Positions 35,141 through 48,584 of a DNA stretch of 64,000 bases are shown one piece after another (within the stretch, counting starts at the first letter, position 1; each line of letters starts with the position of its first letter). The stretch lies in NCBI GenBank assembly GCA_001949185.1, contig BDGG01000011.1, positions 579,552-643,551 on the forward strand, written 5' to 3'. This DNA comes from Ramazzottius varieornatus (lineage: Eukaryota > Animalia > Tardigrada). The notes below the pieces were generated by a model. That model saw only the letters and a list, made by a program, of their open reading frames with translations, searched no databases and had not been told where the DNA came from. The translations under genes and the position numbers were made by a program.

Positions 35141-35658
35141 GTCGGCAGATTACCAGCGTACTCACAGTGAGCACAGAACTGTAACTGGAGGAAATTGGAA
35201 GGCGTAACCCAAATTAACCAATAGACAACTTTCAGAATTTCGAAATTGTGGAGATTGGCAGGCCGTAAAGGCCAACGTGGGAAAAGTAGCCCTGGCCGTT
35301 TTGATTTTTTTCTGGACGCACCGATGACACCAAGTTTGTCCCAAGCCTAGTATCGGTAGAGGAAGCTCTCCTTAGTGTTTCATTTTTTTTCCTAAACAGA
35401 TGGTAGCTATGTATCTCGAGCGAAGACATGAAAACTAAAATACCCCCGAAACTGCCCGAGATCGCAAGGGTTTTTTCCAGCCTGCGGAAGTTGTACTGAC
35501 CAGTACTGGTACTGGTCATCAGCTGCGTTTTGGTGATAAGACCGCAGACCAGGCGATGAAAAACAGTTTGATTCAAACCGGGCAAAATGGAAATTATGGG
35601 GAGCGAAAAAGTGCCGTATTGTACTCGCAATGAGTACGGTGGCAATCAGGGTGTTAAT
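35141..35658. repeat. ~520 bp repeat copy 1 (inverted relative to 41905-42422)
   Basis: Reverse complement of 41905-42422; the ORF track shows identical translations on opposite strands; each unit has short imperfect TIRs (GATTACCAGCGTACTCACAGTGAG). Confidence 0.9.
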
Positions 35659-35781
35659 AAAGTGCGATTGATCAATTCGCCTGGGATGCCGAGACCAACA
35701 CATTAATTGGCTCTTGGGGCAACAGTTTTGTCTGACAGCTCTGGTGTGACTAGCAGCAACCAGCGTTCCTGACTCAGATAG

Positions 35782-36657
35782 CTGTATTCCCTCGAAAGTT
35801 TCGCGCAACCACGTAGCATGCCCGTAAGTGTTACCTGGCGGGGATAGATAACATCTATCTTTCAATCGAGCACACTACCCAATCAATCAACATACACAGT
35901 AACGCTTTATTCCTCCGTGAGCGATTCTTCCACCAAGATGAAACTGCACTCGAAAGAAACTTCCACGTCCTCAGAGTCGTTAAAAGGACCTGGACGCAGC
36001 TTCTAAGTGTAGTATCAGCTCGGTGGAAGAATCATTCACGGAAGAATGAGCGTTAGCAGGGACGTACTAAGGGAGCGAGCAACTCTGCAATTGCGGAACT
36101 TTTGGGATTTCAAAACCGCGAATCCGCAATTTTCTGGGAGCTGTCTAGGAAAATTGCGGATGTGCAATTTGGTAATCCGAAATTTTCTGAAAAATGCTAG
36201 GGTTAATTTCCAGAAAACCAACTTTTTAAGAACAGTTTTCGAAGTTTGCTGCCAAAGCTCAGAATTTCTGCATAAGATATCAGTAATTCTTTTCTCTAAC
36301 CACCTTTGTAATGAGTTTTCGGCGGGAAGTAGTTAAGCTTGTCACAATTTTTGCTTTGCCCGACCCTCGTTACAGGCCGAATGTACGATGTGCAGACTTT
36401 TGACAAACAAGCAATCTTGTAGTCATTTCCCGTTTACATGAGCTCAACCAACTAAGACGGTACCGCAACCGTTGTTGTTATGTGCTTGTCCTTCACAGTT
36501 GGTACGCACTGCACACCCAAGCACAATATCCGGTCCTCAATTCGCTAAATTTGCCAAAAACTGACAACTTCCAGCAAGTCTGATCTTTTTTCATCCCGCC
36601 ATGTGATATTTACGGGCAAGTCATTTGATTGCGCCAAACTTTCAAGGGAATACAGTA
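35782..36657. mobile_element. Longer diverged relative of MITE family B (~875 bp)
   Basis: Left CTGTATTCCCTCGAAAGTTTCGCGCAACC...GGCGGGGA; right TCCCGCC...GATTGCGCCAAACTTTCAAGGGAATACAGTA. Confidence 0.6.
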
Positions 36658-36982
36658 CGAAGTAGCCAGCATGGAAATATCCAGTGGAAATTTGTAGCAT
36701 GGAAATATCCACGGAGCATTGCACCGAATTACTGATTGTTCGATCATAGTACGTCAAATAGGTTCTTTAAAATCGCGTCTGACCCACCTCTTCCAAGGCA
36801 GACATCTGAATCATTTTTGCTATCTCTGGGGTTCTGATCTGTTTTAGTAGATAAAGACAAGTCTTTCTCAATTTAGGAACCGAGAAAAGGTAGTTTGAGG
36901 CAGTAGTTGCTGAGATTAGGCCTGTTTTTCTCCACGCCGGAAAAACTCGCTGGATATTTCCATGCCGGCCCCCTAGTACTAT
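36652..36982. mobile_element. MITE-like element with ~20 bp inverted repeats
   Basis: GCCAGCATGGAAATATCCAG ... CTGGATATTTCCATGCCGGC; an internal direct repeat of AGCATGGAAATATCCA. Confidence 0.5.
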
Positions 36983-39004
36983 TACCTCTAGACGTGGCGA
37001 GCATGGTGCAACTACGAATAATCGTCTGGATTTTGCGCTGCGATTAGCCGAATTATCTCTGATGTCAAGGTCGTCACATTAGTTCTGGGGGCAACGGACA
37101 GCACACACATTCTTACCTGACAGCACCGAGACGATTAGCCGTAATCGGTCTTCCTGTTTCTGATATAGCTCTTCCTATCGGCTTCAGACGCAGCAAGCAA
37201 CAGAAAACTATATCTAAGTCATCTAAATGTTTGCCTATGTTTAAGGCTATTAAAAATATTCTTAGACGTTGGGCAAACTGTAGTCTCGTAAAACAAACTG
37301 CGCAAAATGGTCAAAAACACGATGGATCGAAAAGAACGCGAGATGCTGAAACGCACTTGACCGATAAGTGTACATACACACCGCCCAAGCCAACTTGCTA
37401 CCTCCTGGGATTTCGACGAGGAAAAATTCAGAATGCCACATTCCCGTTCGTGTTTCCCCTATCTCCATACAGCTTTCCAAGCTGCTTCGACTAAGCTACG
37501 ATGCATTCAGTTATGGTGACAAGCTGTTTGAAAAACTTGAGTAGTGTGACTGCCGGTGGGGAAGACATACCGCCGGGTGGTCAAACGCAGTCTACAAAAT
37601 TCCATGCTTGAGTTCTTATCGTGACTTTGATGTAAATAAACATATAACTATTTTAATAGCTGAAGCAATCGAGAAAGACCAGAAAGAACCCAAGCGAACT
37701 GACAAACGATTTAAAACCGTCAAATCTGACCGTTTTGCCGGGAAAACTCGTTTTCTAAAAAATTTCTACCCGTTTTCCAGAACGGTTGATTTGCGGTTCC
37801 AGCCACTTTTTCTCTAGTTCAATGTTTATTTTAATTGTTTTTGGTAACCGTACCGCGGTATGCCAACGGAAAACAGAGAAAACAATTTTCGAAACGGACC
37901 CAAAAATGATAAAAGTTGGTGCGTTTCTCACTCAGCACCTCCCCGAGGTTAACGTCGATCATGACTTCCTGTAGACAGATTTTTGGCCAATAATTTTCCG
38001 AGAGGCAGCAAAGAGAATGCTAAACCGGGGAAAATTGGTTTCGAAGTGGAAAACTAATCGAGTCGAGCTAGCCTTGGTAAAATGAGTGGTAACAAGTTGG
38101 CTTGGGCGGGCTGTATGACAGGCCTGCATGAATCTGCCTGACGCCTTCTTTCCTCTTTGAGTTCTCTTTGTGTTCCGCAGTTTTATTCGGCTAGATATGT
38201 AAATTTGCTGGTCCATGGTGCTAGTGACCAGCTGGTTAAAGAGCTCGTCTACAGTATTGCATGAGCAAGATGAGCGAGTGGAAAAATTATATTAACCGAT
38301 GAAGCGCCCGGAGCTCGAAAACACATAACGGAACAAAACACTAACCACAAGCCGATTCTTGGAGTTACAAGACACCAGTGAAACGTTGGCAAAAATATCC
38401 GACAAAATGGCGTCCCATGGTATCATCGTTTGGATGAGAAATCACTTCAATTTTTTTCGATGGTTCTGATGGTTAGCGTACGTCTTTTTCGTGCCGTCCT
38501 TCGCACTTCTTATACAACTTTTCCAGGGGTTTCCACTGGCACACAATGCATCCAAATCGGTTGAGAAAAAGTGCGAAAAGTTCCTCAGTGTGACTCGCGG
38601 TGGGGAAGGTATTTCGCCCTGAACAGAAAGTTATCGCTATCATTCCGTACCCCATTATCGAGTTCCAATTCTAGCTTATGGCACGGTGGCAGCTAGAGCT
38701 TCTCGTTCAGGAAAATTCGATAAAGAAATACGAGAGTGTGATGGATTTCGGCAGCTTTATGGAACTGGTACTAAACCTACGCCGACGTTACGAAATAAGA
38801 GCGTACAAGCAGCTTTTAGAAAACGTTGGGAACACCGTGAAAAATGACATTCTGAAAAGAATCGCAAGACCGTTCACAACGAATGACTACGAAGCCATTC
38901 TCGTTGTCGAAGATGTTAGGACTGTCCCACACTCCAGTTTTTGTGTTCATCCCCAAGGCATCGCCGACGTGGACATTGTCGTACCCTGTAACGCTTTCGT
39001 CGGA

Positions 39005-39690
39005 CAAACAGTACTGGGGCTGCGCCTAGGACAGTTGGGCTGCGCCTAGGATCAAGATTGAGTCAACCTCACTTGTGCCGATGTGGAGAAGTAGTTGACG
39101 AGTATGGGCTGCATGGGCTGAGTTGCCTAAAGAGCGCGGGACGCCACATTAGGCACGCTAGCCTCAATGATTCGATACGGAGCACCCTTGTTTTAGCACA
39201 AGTTCCAGCAGTTCTGGAGCCACTAGGACTGTTGTGGCACGACTGACTCAGATCCGACGGGAAGACCTGGATACCTTGGAAGAATAGGAAAGAATTAGTC
39301 CGGAATGTGACCGTGGTAGATACATTGGCGAAGTTGTACGTCGGAAAGACAAGTGAAAAATCTGGAGCTGCAGCAGAAGACGCTGAAGAGAGAAAGATCC
39401 GAAAAGTACCAAGGTATCGCGTCGCAGTACCTCTTCGTTCCACTGGGTTTCGAAACCTGAGGATCGTGGGGACCTGCTGCGAGAGAGCTGATCAAAGCGA
39501 TCGGGAAGAAGCTTGTTGAATTTTCTTTTAAGACTAGAGCTTTTCATTATTTTAACCAACGCTTGTCTCTTGACATACAGCGAGGTAATGCTTTTTGTGT
39601 CATGGGTACTGCAAAGGAGACTAGAGGACTGGAAGAGATACTTTATGTTTTAAACCTGAAAAAGGGAAGTTCTAAGTCCTCGTAATTTAT
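39005..39690 (+). mobile_element. 5'-truncated non-LTR retrotransposon (CRE-like, restriction-like endonuclease clade) remnant
   Basis: LGLRLG, HLCRCG...HGLSC...RHIRHASLND (zinc finger), LEPLGL...SDG...VTVVDTLA...AAAEDAEERKIRK and FVPLGFET...WGP...QRLSLDIQRGNA: the typical RLE C-terminus, with stops and frameshifts. Confidence 0.8.
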
Positions 39691-41549
39691 TGATTTTAGT
39701 TTAGCCTCCTGTTTTTCATCGCTGTCTTCTTTTCAAGAAAAAGTTATTTGTAATGAACAAGGTTTGCTAAAGATCAGAAGCTGGTCAAGTACACGTGGCA
39801 GTAATAATATTATGCCAAATACTGTAATAGTTCTGAAAATTACTTGGGTTGGCAGCGACTTCCTTCAAGCCGCTGTTTTTAGCGTTCAAGAGCTACAGAA
39901 AGCAGACTCCCTCTAACCTGGCCAGAAAGTCAATGTTTTGCCCATCCCAAGCAGACCTACCACTAGCGTCCACAGACAGGCAGGCAAGCCAAGTTAGCTA
40001 ACAATGGCGTTCATCGGACAGCCGTCAGATAGGCTGAGGTAACTTCAGGGTGATTTCAAGTGACTGGATGGATCAGTCAAGATAGTTTCCTCGAAGTTTC
40101 GTCAAAAGCGCATATATCCGAAAAACTTTCAAAAGAAAGATTCGACAGATCGGATCTCGAGGCCGCTCCTCGCACTCAGAAAGTGGGTACACACATCCAC
40201 TTTGCTGCTACCTGTGAATTTTCCAAATTGTTCTTCGAATCAATCTTAGCAGAAGGTGTTCTGGAAAGCGAGAAAAGTATTGTCCTGTCGAGGTTTGTCT
40301 TGTCGGACGGAGCTGTGACAGCCAATTGGGTGACCGCAGTGAAAAAATTTTGCCTGTAGTATAAGAAAAAAATTATTTGAGGAAGCTCAGTGGCCTGGCA
40401 CGGCAGCAGTAGATTTCTCAAGAAGCAGCCGGCGTGTTTTACGGTAAAGTGGGTGGCTATCTTTGAATTCTGTCCATCAATCGATCGATTTTTTGTCGAG
40501 AAAGATATCTGAAATTGCAAGTCCTAAGATCGTTCTATCGAACGAACTGACAGACAGCGACGCCCAATGGAAAAAGAATTTTCTAGAGAACGGCAAAATC
40601 CATTCAGACAATTACAGTCCCCCTGTAATCATTCAACGCGAACGCACGTCCAATGGTGACTTTCACGAAGCCCGATCAACCACGTGAGCTAGGAGAATAG
40701 AGAAATAGCGAGCAAGGAATACAGAAACCGCGGAGCAGCGATGACAGGGGTAAGCAGGTCAGCTAGCCTGAAACAAAACGATGAGGGAGCCAATTATCCA
40801 CCGCACATGTCCTGGTGTCTTCCATGAAGGCCAGTTCACTACTTGATCCAAGGGGGCTGTAGGAAAGCGAAACGGGAGACGGGAACACCAGGGGGCGAAA
40901 AGAAGATCCAGCAATAATGCGAGGTCTGATACAGTTCCACTGTCGATTATCCGAGCTCATTCTCAGGTAGTGTGTGCAAGTGCATGGCGCGACTGTCACG
41001 CAGTTATCACGCACAATCCTACTAAGTTACAGCTGGTCGGAAACCTGCCGTCACCTGAACCCATCAAAACCTTGTGTTTCCTTTTCGCGGCAAAGCCTTG
41101 TGAGAAGTTTTTTATGAAGTCGATGCCATTTTAACCGTTCGACCAACCACTGCTGCGGGACCATGCGAAATAGAATCATTATGGACTCTGGCACCCTGCT
41201 AATTATTACCCAATAGTGCACTACACGCCGACGTATCCACCCGCGTCGACATACAGTAGCTTTTTGTCTATCCTGGTCAATCGAGCACCACGGACAAGTA
41301 AAAGCTTTTGCAGTAGTACATTCGTTCTTGTTCAAGCAGCACAAGTGCTGACTGCAATTGTGCGAATGAAGCCGACGACTCGGAGTTCGAACGAGACCGA
41401 GGTCTCCGGACAGCGAAAATTCGTCACCGCCCTTTAGGGGTGGCTGATAATCACCAGAGACTGACGAATATCAGCCATCTCTACGTGCGACTGTTCTCGT
41501 CGGAAATCCAAAGACTTTCCGCCCTTGGCCTCTATTGCCCCATGTTGAG

Positions 41550-41668
41550 TAGGGTTGCCACGACCTGACCGGGCCCGTCGACCTGGGGTCGAACGGGTCG
41601 TGAACATTTTCGAAGGTATTAGTCGACCCTCGACCCGCAAACGACCCGCGGGTCGTCTGGTAACCCGA
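41550..41668. mobile_element. Small hAT-like MITE
   Basis: TAGGGTTGCCA ... TGGTAACCCGA ends with internal CGACCC/GGGTCG repeats; no 8-bp TSD seen. Confidence 0.45.
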
Positions 41669-41904
41669 TCGACCCAGGATCGATCGAGTAACAGTATCAA
41701 ACGGTGTATAGATACTTTTTCTAGGCTTTTTACGTTGCTCTAGTGAAAGCATCAAGCTAGAAAAGCATGTGACTAGTGGGTAGCATATTTTCATTACAGA
41801 AGGCTCGTTGGTCGCCACCGAAATGCTGCAACAGTGAGCCACAAGAGCCGCTCATTTCTCGTTTGTGATTGCTCCCGGATGTAGTTAGCTACATAGTACA
41901 GGCG

Positions 41905-42422
41905 ATTAACACCCTGATTACAACAGTACTCACTGTGAGTACAATACGGCACTTTTTCGCTCCCCATAATTTCCATTTTGCCCGGTTTGAATCAAACTGT
42001 TTTTCATCGCCTGGTCTGCGGTCTTATCACCAAAACGCAGCTGATGACCAGTACCAGTACTGGTCAGTACAACTTCCGCAGGCTGGAAAAAACCCTTGCG
42101 ATCTCGGGCAGTTTCGGGGGTATTTTAGTTTTCATGTCTTCGCTCGAGATACATAGCTACCATCTGTTTAGGAAAAAAAATGAAACACTAAGGAGAGCTT
42201 CCTCTACCGATACTAGGCTTGGGACAAACTTGGTGTCATCGGTGCGTCCAGAAAAAAATCAAAACGGCCAGGGCTACTTTTCCCACGTTGGCCTTTACGG
42301 CCTGCCAATCTCCACAATTTCGAAATTCTGAAAGTTGTCTATTGGTTAATTTGGGTTACGCCTTCCAATTTCCTCCAGTTACAGTTCTGTGCTCACTGTG
42401 AGTACGCTGGTAATCTGCCGAC
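41905..42422. repeat. ~520 bp repeat copy 2 (inverted relative to 35141-35658)
   Basis: See copy 1. Confidence 0.9.
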
Positions 42423-43317
42423 CTATGATCTGCCAACCTATGATTAGCAAAATTTCTGGAACAGCATACAGTAACAATCCTTGCTTCTATAAGACGTCAC
42501 ACAAGCGATTTCTACCAGCTGAAGTGAGCTAACAGTGGGCTTGCGTAAGGTATACGTACACGTCAGCACACATCACATGACAACCTGCCGTGCTGTAGAG
42601 CGGCATCCTTGGTTTTTTTCTACGTTTACTCGAGTCTCAGGAAAGAGACTGGAAGCTCCCCGCACACTAAGCTGCCCTGTCCGTGACGTTTTATAAAAGT
42701 GAGGATTATTACTGTGGTTTGATTGGCTGCCCCCAGTTTCACCTGTACACGCGCAGTGGTCAATATAGCAAGAAACCCGGTAATAACACGCCACTGGAGA
42801 GGGCTGATTGCTCTACGATGTCGTCGAAATCACCGCTCTAGTTGTCTGAGATATCCCCCTTCGTGTATGATACTAGCAGAAGGGCTAGTCGGCAGAAGGG
42901 CTAGTCGGCTTTCTATCTGGTGAGGAAGGTCTCAACTGTCAGAGAAATAGCGTGACAAAGTATCTTCGGCACCAGTGCCGCCGTTTCTCCCTGTAATGGC
43001 GTCATGATATTTATTATTTAAGCATGGCCGACTGCTAGAACTGCGTGTATGGTTTGCGGTAAGGTGATTGCTCTTCCCGATCGGTAGGTGATTTTGGTGT
43101 CAAACTTTGTGCTTGCCACTCCAACACCTTTCCGTCAATTTATCTCTGGAAGCCAAGCTGTTCGCGAAGGTTTGTAGTATTCCGTTTTGGTTATTTCCCC
43201 TCTACGTACAGCGGTTGATTCCGGACCGCCTTCTGATACCACAGTCAGCTTGGTCGGGAATACTCGGTGGTTGTCGATCGGTGTTTGTTCTTGTGTCTCA
43301 CCTGGGCAGAGCGGAAG

Positions 43318-45328
43318 ATGCAATACAATGGCAAATCTAACTCTACCGTTTGGTCGACGCTGACGTCGGAGGCAATGCACCAAATAGCTCTGTTATCGGT
43401 ATTCATGTTGGTCGCTTTGTCCGGAAACTCCATAATTCTTATACATCTGATTCGTAACAAAGGCTGGTTACGTCCAGTGTCCTTTTTTGTTATGTCTCTT
43501 GCAACAAGTAAGTCAGAATTGAGACAAACGTTCAGCTTTGCATATATCGAGCTCGTTCAAAAAACTCTGTCGTTCGAAATAGGGAGTATCTCATCAGTAT
43601 TAAAGGGCGTAAGTGACATAGCGGTGTATCACTAACGAAATTTATTTCGTAGCGGACATCCTGATTGCTGTGCTTTCCATGTCGACGGAATTACTTTGGC
43701 AGGCCTTCGGCGAGTGGATCTTCGGCAACTTTGCGTGCAAGTTTGCCACTTATGTGCAATGTCTTCTGTTCATTAGCACATCATGCATTCTAGTAAGCAT
43801 GAGTTGGGATCGGTACGAGGCAATCTGCAAGCCGCTCAGAGCCTTTTCACGAAGTCTGGCGAGCTGTCGTCGCACCATAATGTCCTCGTGGCTTCTTGCC
43901 GCTGTCCTGGCCTTACCCCAGATTTTCATTTTTGTTCAGGTACGAATAGTCTTTTTCCTAGCTAGTTGTCTCTCCGAATCGACACAGCCGGCGAGTATAT
44001 TTGTAACTAGATCCTAATTTACATGGCAAAACGGATTCCGGCCGAAGACCCCGTCTAATGGTGATGAAGGCCCTAGAATTAGCCTGCGAGCTGAGAAGAA
44101 ATTTTGAGCTGTTTCCCTCGTGTAGGTTATCCAATGATATCTTATCAGCATTGACGAGTCTTCATCTAAGGCTGAATTTTACTTCGGCAATCCTCCTTAC
44201 GTCAAGTTTGCTTTTTAATTACTGTCTCACATGTGACCATTACTTACGATTCACGACCATACGACTGACTTGCTATACGATCTCACATCAAGCTGTAGCC
44301 TAGCCATCGTTCTGCAGGTGTCGCCTCCACCATCTAGAAAACGAAAATTCCACAGAACCATGACAGTTGTAATGTTCGTCGCCATATGTTCGATAAGTAT
44401 TAGTGTTTAGTAGCGCTGCTATAGAAAACTTTTTGTTCACAAAGCTTGCGATTGATCTCGAAGATATTGTCTTTCTGATTGACCTCATGCATGTTCATAA
44501 TTATTGATCATCGATGTGTTCTGTGTCCTATTGTAGGTCCAAGACGGCGAACACAAAAATGGTCGACCCAAGTATTCCTGCAAAAGCGCAGGCTATACTG
44601 CCGAATGGCAGCGCAAATTGTACGTCACCTGGACTGCTATGCTTGTGTTTATCATTCCTATGCTCGTCGTTGCGTTTTGTTATATCCGGATAGCAGCAGT
44701 AGTATGGAAAATACCTGACTTTGTTCCCTCAAGCAATGATCGCAGCCGCGACGTCGCCGAGACATTCATTCTTCGTCGCCACAGGTCTCGTCAATCCAAG
44801 CGGTGTCATGTTGAGAGGAATAAAATGAAAGCCGTCCATCTGACAATATGCATACTGGCTTGTTACATCTTGTGTTGGTTGCCCTATTTCACTATCAATC
44901 TGCTCAATGTGTGGACCGACTACAAATTCAAGCACAACGTACCTTCATTTCTAAAGTCGCTGGCCAAGTGTCTCGCTTGGTTTTCTAGCTGTGTGAATCC
45001 AATCATTTACGGTACTTTCCATCGATCGTCCTGTCCATTGCCAAGTTGCTTGCTCCCGAATTGCTGCAAGAAGGAAAGTAGCTTGAGCTGCGACTCCGCG
45101 ATGACGTGCCTTCAGCCTTCGCTCCGAGTACGCCGTCATGCCATTTGCAGTGACCCGCGTCGCGTCCATGCGGCTGGACCCATACCATTGTCAACTTTGG
45201 CGTCCAGTGTCACATCGACCTACACCTCGCTACGGGGAAGTGCATACGGACCAAAGAAGACCGATCAAGCTTTGTCTCCTCGAAGAACACATCATACTTC
45301 GGATGATTGTGGTGGTACATGGCTCTAG
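43318..45328 (+). CDS. Neuropeptide GPCR of the vasopressin/GnRH/CCAP receptor superfamily
   Basis: Exons 43318-43507, 43653-43939, 44537-45328; motifs LSGNS, MSWDRYEAICKPL, LALPQIFIF, YSCKSAGYTAEWQRKLY, CWLPYF, SCVNPIIYG. Confidence 0.88.
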
Positions 45329-45910
45329 AGCAAAAAGCCTCGGGCATGAGATAGGTAGTTCACCTGACTACAGCATGCCGCTGCGCAATAGCCAATGTGA
45401 CAAACAGCTGCTGCTCGTATATAGTGCCGTCATGTGACCATCGACTGGAGATCAGATCGGTTTGTTTCGGCGAATCCGGCTTCGCTTACGTATCGGCTTA
45501 TGGGTATGGCGTACTGACACGGCTAACAATCGGTTTGAGTCGTGACGTCGGGCTCAGCATTGCCGTCCTCCAGCTGCTTTCATGTTAGAATCTCCTAGCG
45601 GCACGGCTTGCTGACTAGTGTCCGTTTAGCCTTTTACCAATAATTGCGCTTTACTTGAATGTGAAGTCTTCCACAAAGACTAGTGGTTGAGTTTTCTGCA
45701 AAACGCTCTTAGTTATGATTCACCGTGGTATTACTTCCCGTTTATTGCTTCTCTTAACACCATGAACAGTAGCCTCGGAGGGACATCCGCTACTTTTACT
45801 CTTAAACGAACACGAAGCAGGTGGGGTTGTTGATTTATTCAAAGCTCTTTGAAGACCATTCGGCCTTATTCCAGCGCGGCTATCCAGCGCATACCTTCTT
45901 TTCCTTGCAG

Positions 45911-47314
45911 GGAAGAGAAAGCTACTGGGGTATACGTGACAGCTATGCCGGAAATCAGCGTGTCGGATTTCCTTGCAGACGATACCTCTGAGTACATCCA
46001 GTGAGTTATGTTCTCACCTGGCTAGCCGGTGACTCGCTCCTTTCCGTCTTAGATTCGCCATTACCAACAACGCGTCTTACTTACCAATCTAGTTCTCTTT
46101 TGCAGAGAAGAGAGTGTTATCGCGGGGTCCAGTGTTATCCGCGCAAGTCCGGGCGAACGTGCTGAAAGCACACGTATTCATCCGTAAGTCGAATTTACTC
46201 TACTTGTACAACACATCAGCACCTTCCCCGAAGATACCCTGACACTGTATTCTGCTTTCTGTTCGGTAAACTTGCTGACTCTGGAGTTTGAAGTGGGTTG
46301 GAAGCTCGCCTGGATAGCCGGCGATGACAGTCAATCAACACTTTGAATTCGATTTTCGGTGACATTCACTCATGCCGTTTTCTTGATCTTGCAGTTCGTT
46401 TAGAGCTGACATCTCGGCTATATCTTCCGGCTCCAACAAGGAGAAAGAATCGCCAGAAGATGTCGTTTCTCGTACAGTCACGCTCGAGTAGTCGGAAGAA
46501 AATGGTGCAGGGCCGGCTATCCAGACCCTAGAGGTTATCAGCCCACAGGTCTCACCGAACGTCAGTATCGATCCCAATGGGTAACTGTGGCTCTTTTATT
46601 AATGGGATTATTCCTGAACCAGCTGACGGAGTCGCTTGTGCATTGCAGGTATTTCGGCAACTCGTCGGAAGTCACTCCATCGAAGTTGGAGTTCGACTCC
46701 GACATCCACAAAAAAGTAAGCCTGGACTTCGCCTGGATGGCCGGCGGTCTGAGTCTCGGTCCTCCAACCGCAAAAATTTTCTTTCGCGTTTTTCTTAGAG
46801 TCAACTTTAAGGTTCGATGTTATACCGATCAAGGCTTCGTGTACTTGGTGAGAGCTCCCAAGGAAGAAGAGCAGTGGATCGCTAGTGTGGAGGCGGGGAG
46901 ACTGGGCTGCGACTGGTCCTTGCATGAGTTTCTTCGACGAAATCCTTCGTAAGTTCTTTTTTCGCCTTGCATGCTGCAAATGGCCTGGCTAGCCGGCCCC
47001 TGAGTTCCGTAGAGAGACATACCGATAACTGTATCAGCAGCCGTTTGTTCCAAGTCCGCGCGGATAGCCAGCGCTGGTGTGAGTTTCCCCACTGACTCGG
47101 TCTTTTTTCTTGTAGCGTGTACTACGAAATCATTCGTATTGCACGGGAACGGTTCAATATTGAACTCCAAATGTCCCAGTACCAGGCCGAGTGGGCCGAC
47201 GGATCCAGCTCCTGGGATATTGCGGCTGATCTTCACCACGCACCCGATGTCGTGACGGAGTGGGTCCGAGCGCGTCAGCCTTCCACGGACCCGCGTTACA
47301 ATTTTGTTTTGTAG
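45911..47314 (+). pseudogene. Spliced gene remnant ending in a chromodomain-like exon
   Basis: Several GT-AG bounded segments, one with an in-frame TAG near 46488; last exon YEIIRIARER...YQAEWADGSSSWDIAADLHHAPDVVTEW fits the chromo-fold aromatic pattern. Confidence 0.4.
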
Positions 47315-47771
47315 CCGGTGGTTCCATAATTCAATTTATTATTTAAATTATCTCTTTTGAGATCTCGAGTGTTTTTTTCCGTTGGTATACGGTATTCTTT
47401 TTTGTTCCTTCTTTTATTGAAGTTTCTTGCTTGTTGTTTTCTCGTTGTGGTTTGGTTCGTTTCTGGCATTTGCCAATTTATTTAATTTTGAAGTTTCGCA
47501 TGTGCGTCAAAAAAATATATTGAAGAACGGCGCAGTAATATTGGGGTATACCAGCAGAGCCTGCACCACTGTGTGCGACTTAGGGTGGACAGGCGGCTTT
47601 GGCGAACCAACCGAAAGTAAAGTGCGCCACTTCAGCGAGGCCGTTTCCATGGGCCTGCCACATGGGCCCCATAGACTTTTGGCGTAGCCCGTAAACTTAA
47701 CATAGGACTTCGCAAAATAGCATACAGGTTTCTTCTCTGGCATCAATAAATCATTCGAACGCACGATACAT

Positions 47772-48580
47772 TCTAGCCGTGGCTAAAAGTATTTTAGCTG
47801 CTTTAGCCGCGGCTAAAATTTTTTTCGTCCACGGCTAAAACGGCTTATTTTAGCTTCGCCGAGCCTTCTATATTCTGTAATCCATATCGTTTCTGTTTTC
47901 ATAATGTTCCAACCCTTTAAGACCAAGCTACCTCGACAGTACGACGAGAAAGCCCTGAAGGATACTCTTTCTGCGATCGAGAATAGAATGGGACTACGCG
48001 AGACAGCTCGACTCTTCAAAGTTCCTTGCATGACTGTCGCCCGTTACGTCAAAGATGCCAAAGCCAAGAAGATCGGCCGAGGAACGAAGCTGAATGCTGC
48101 AGAAGAAAGACTGCTGGTGGACTTACCGAAGAAGTCTGGGAATGTCGGATTTCCATTCGATAAAACTCAGCTACGTGTTTTTGGAAAATGAAATGAGATT
48201 TGCAAAAGGTAGAACTGTCTCAGTTTATTGTATAAACCAAAATCGTTCGATTACCAATTCTGACCGTTGCACTGCTGCAGTTGTTCGGAATGTCTTCGGT
48301 AAAGACTGGCATGGTCGCTCCTTAAAGAGCAAAAGAAACTTCTCTTCGATTGGCTTCGAATGTCGACAGGAAGAAGGTGCGCGAGTGGACCACAGAAGCC
48401 GCGGAGTCGTGGATCAAGTTACTCAGTGAGCTGGAAGAGTAAGGCTACCTGTCAGATCCTGACGGAATCATCACTCTTGACAAGTCTAGCTTTATTCTTT
48501 GTTTCGAAAATCTGCGGGAATGCGGCTGGTCGGATGTACGAGCCCCTGGTCCTCCTCGACGGAGTCGTGCATCAGGGCAG
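47772..48580 (+). mobile_element. Degenerate pogo/Tigger-like transposase (HTH_psq, CENP-B HTH, start of DDE_1) preceded by GGCTAAAA repeats
   Basis: QYDEKALKDTLSAIENRMGLRETARLFKVPCMTV...GRGTKLNAAEERLLV...GFP; later DPDGIITLDKSSF (N-D-E-T-G-F equivalent) and CGNAAGRMYEPLVL; frameshifts and stops. Confidence 0.7.
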
Positions 48581-48584
48581 TATG

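Noticed and set aside
35162-35865. Duplicated ORFs matching those at 41869-42401
   Set aside because: They are translations of the inverted repeat with no protein-like features.
47586-47632. Isolated GTGCGCCACTT
   Set aside because: No convincing left core at the expected spacing.
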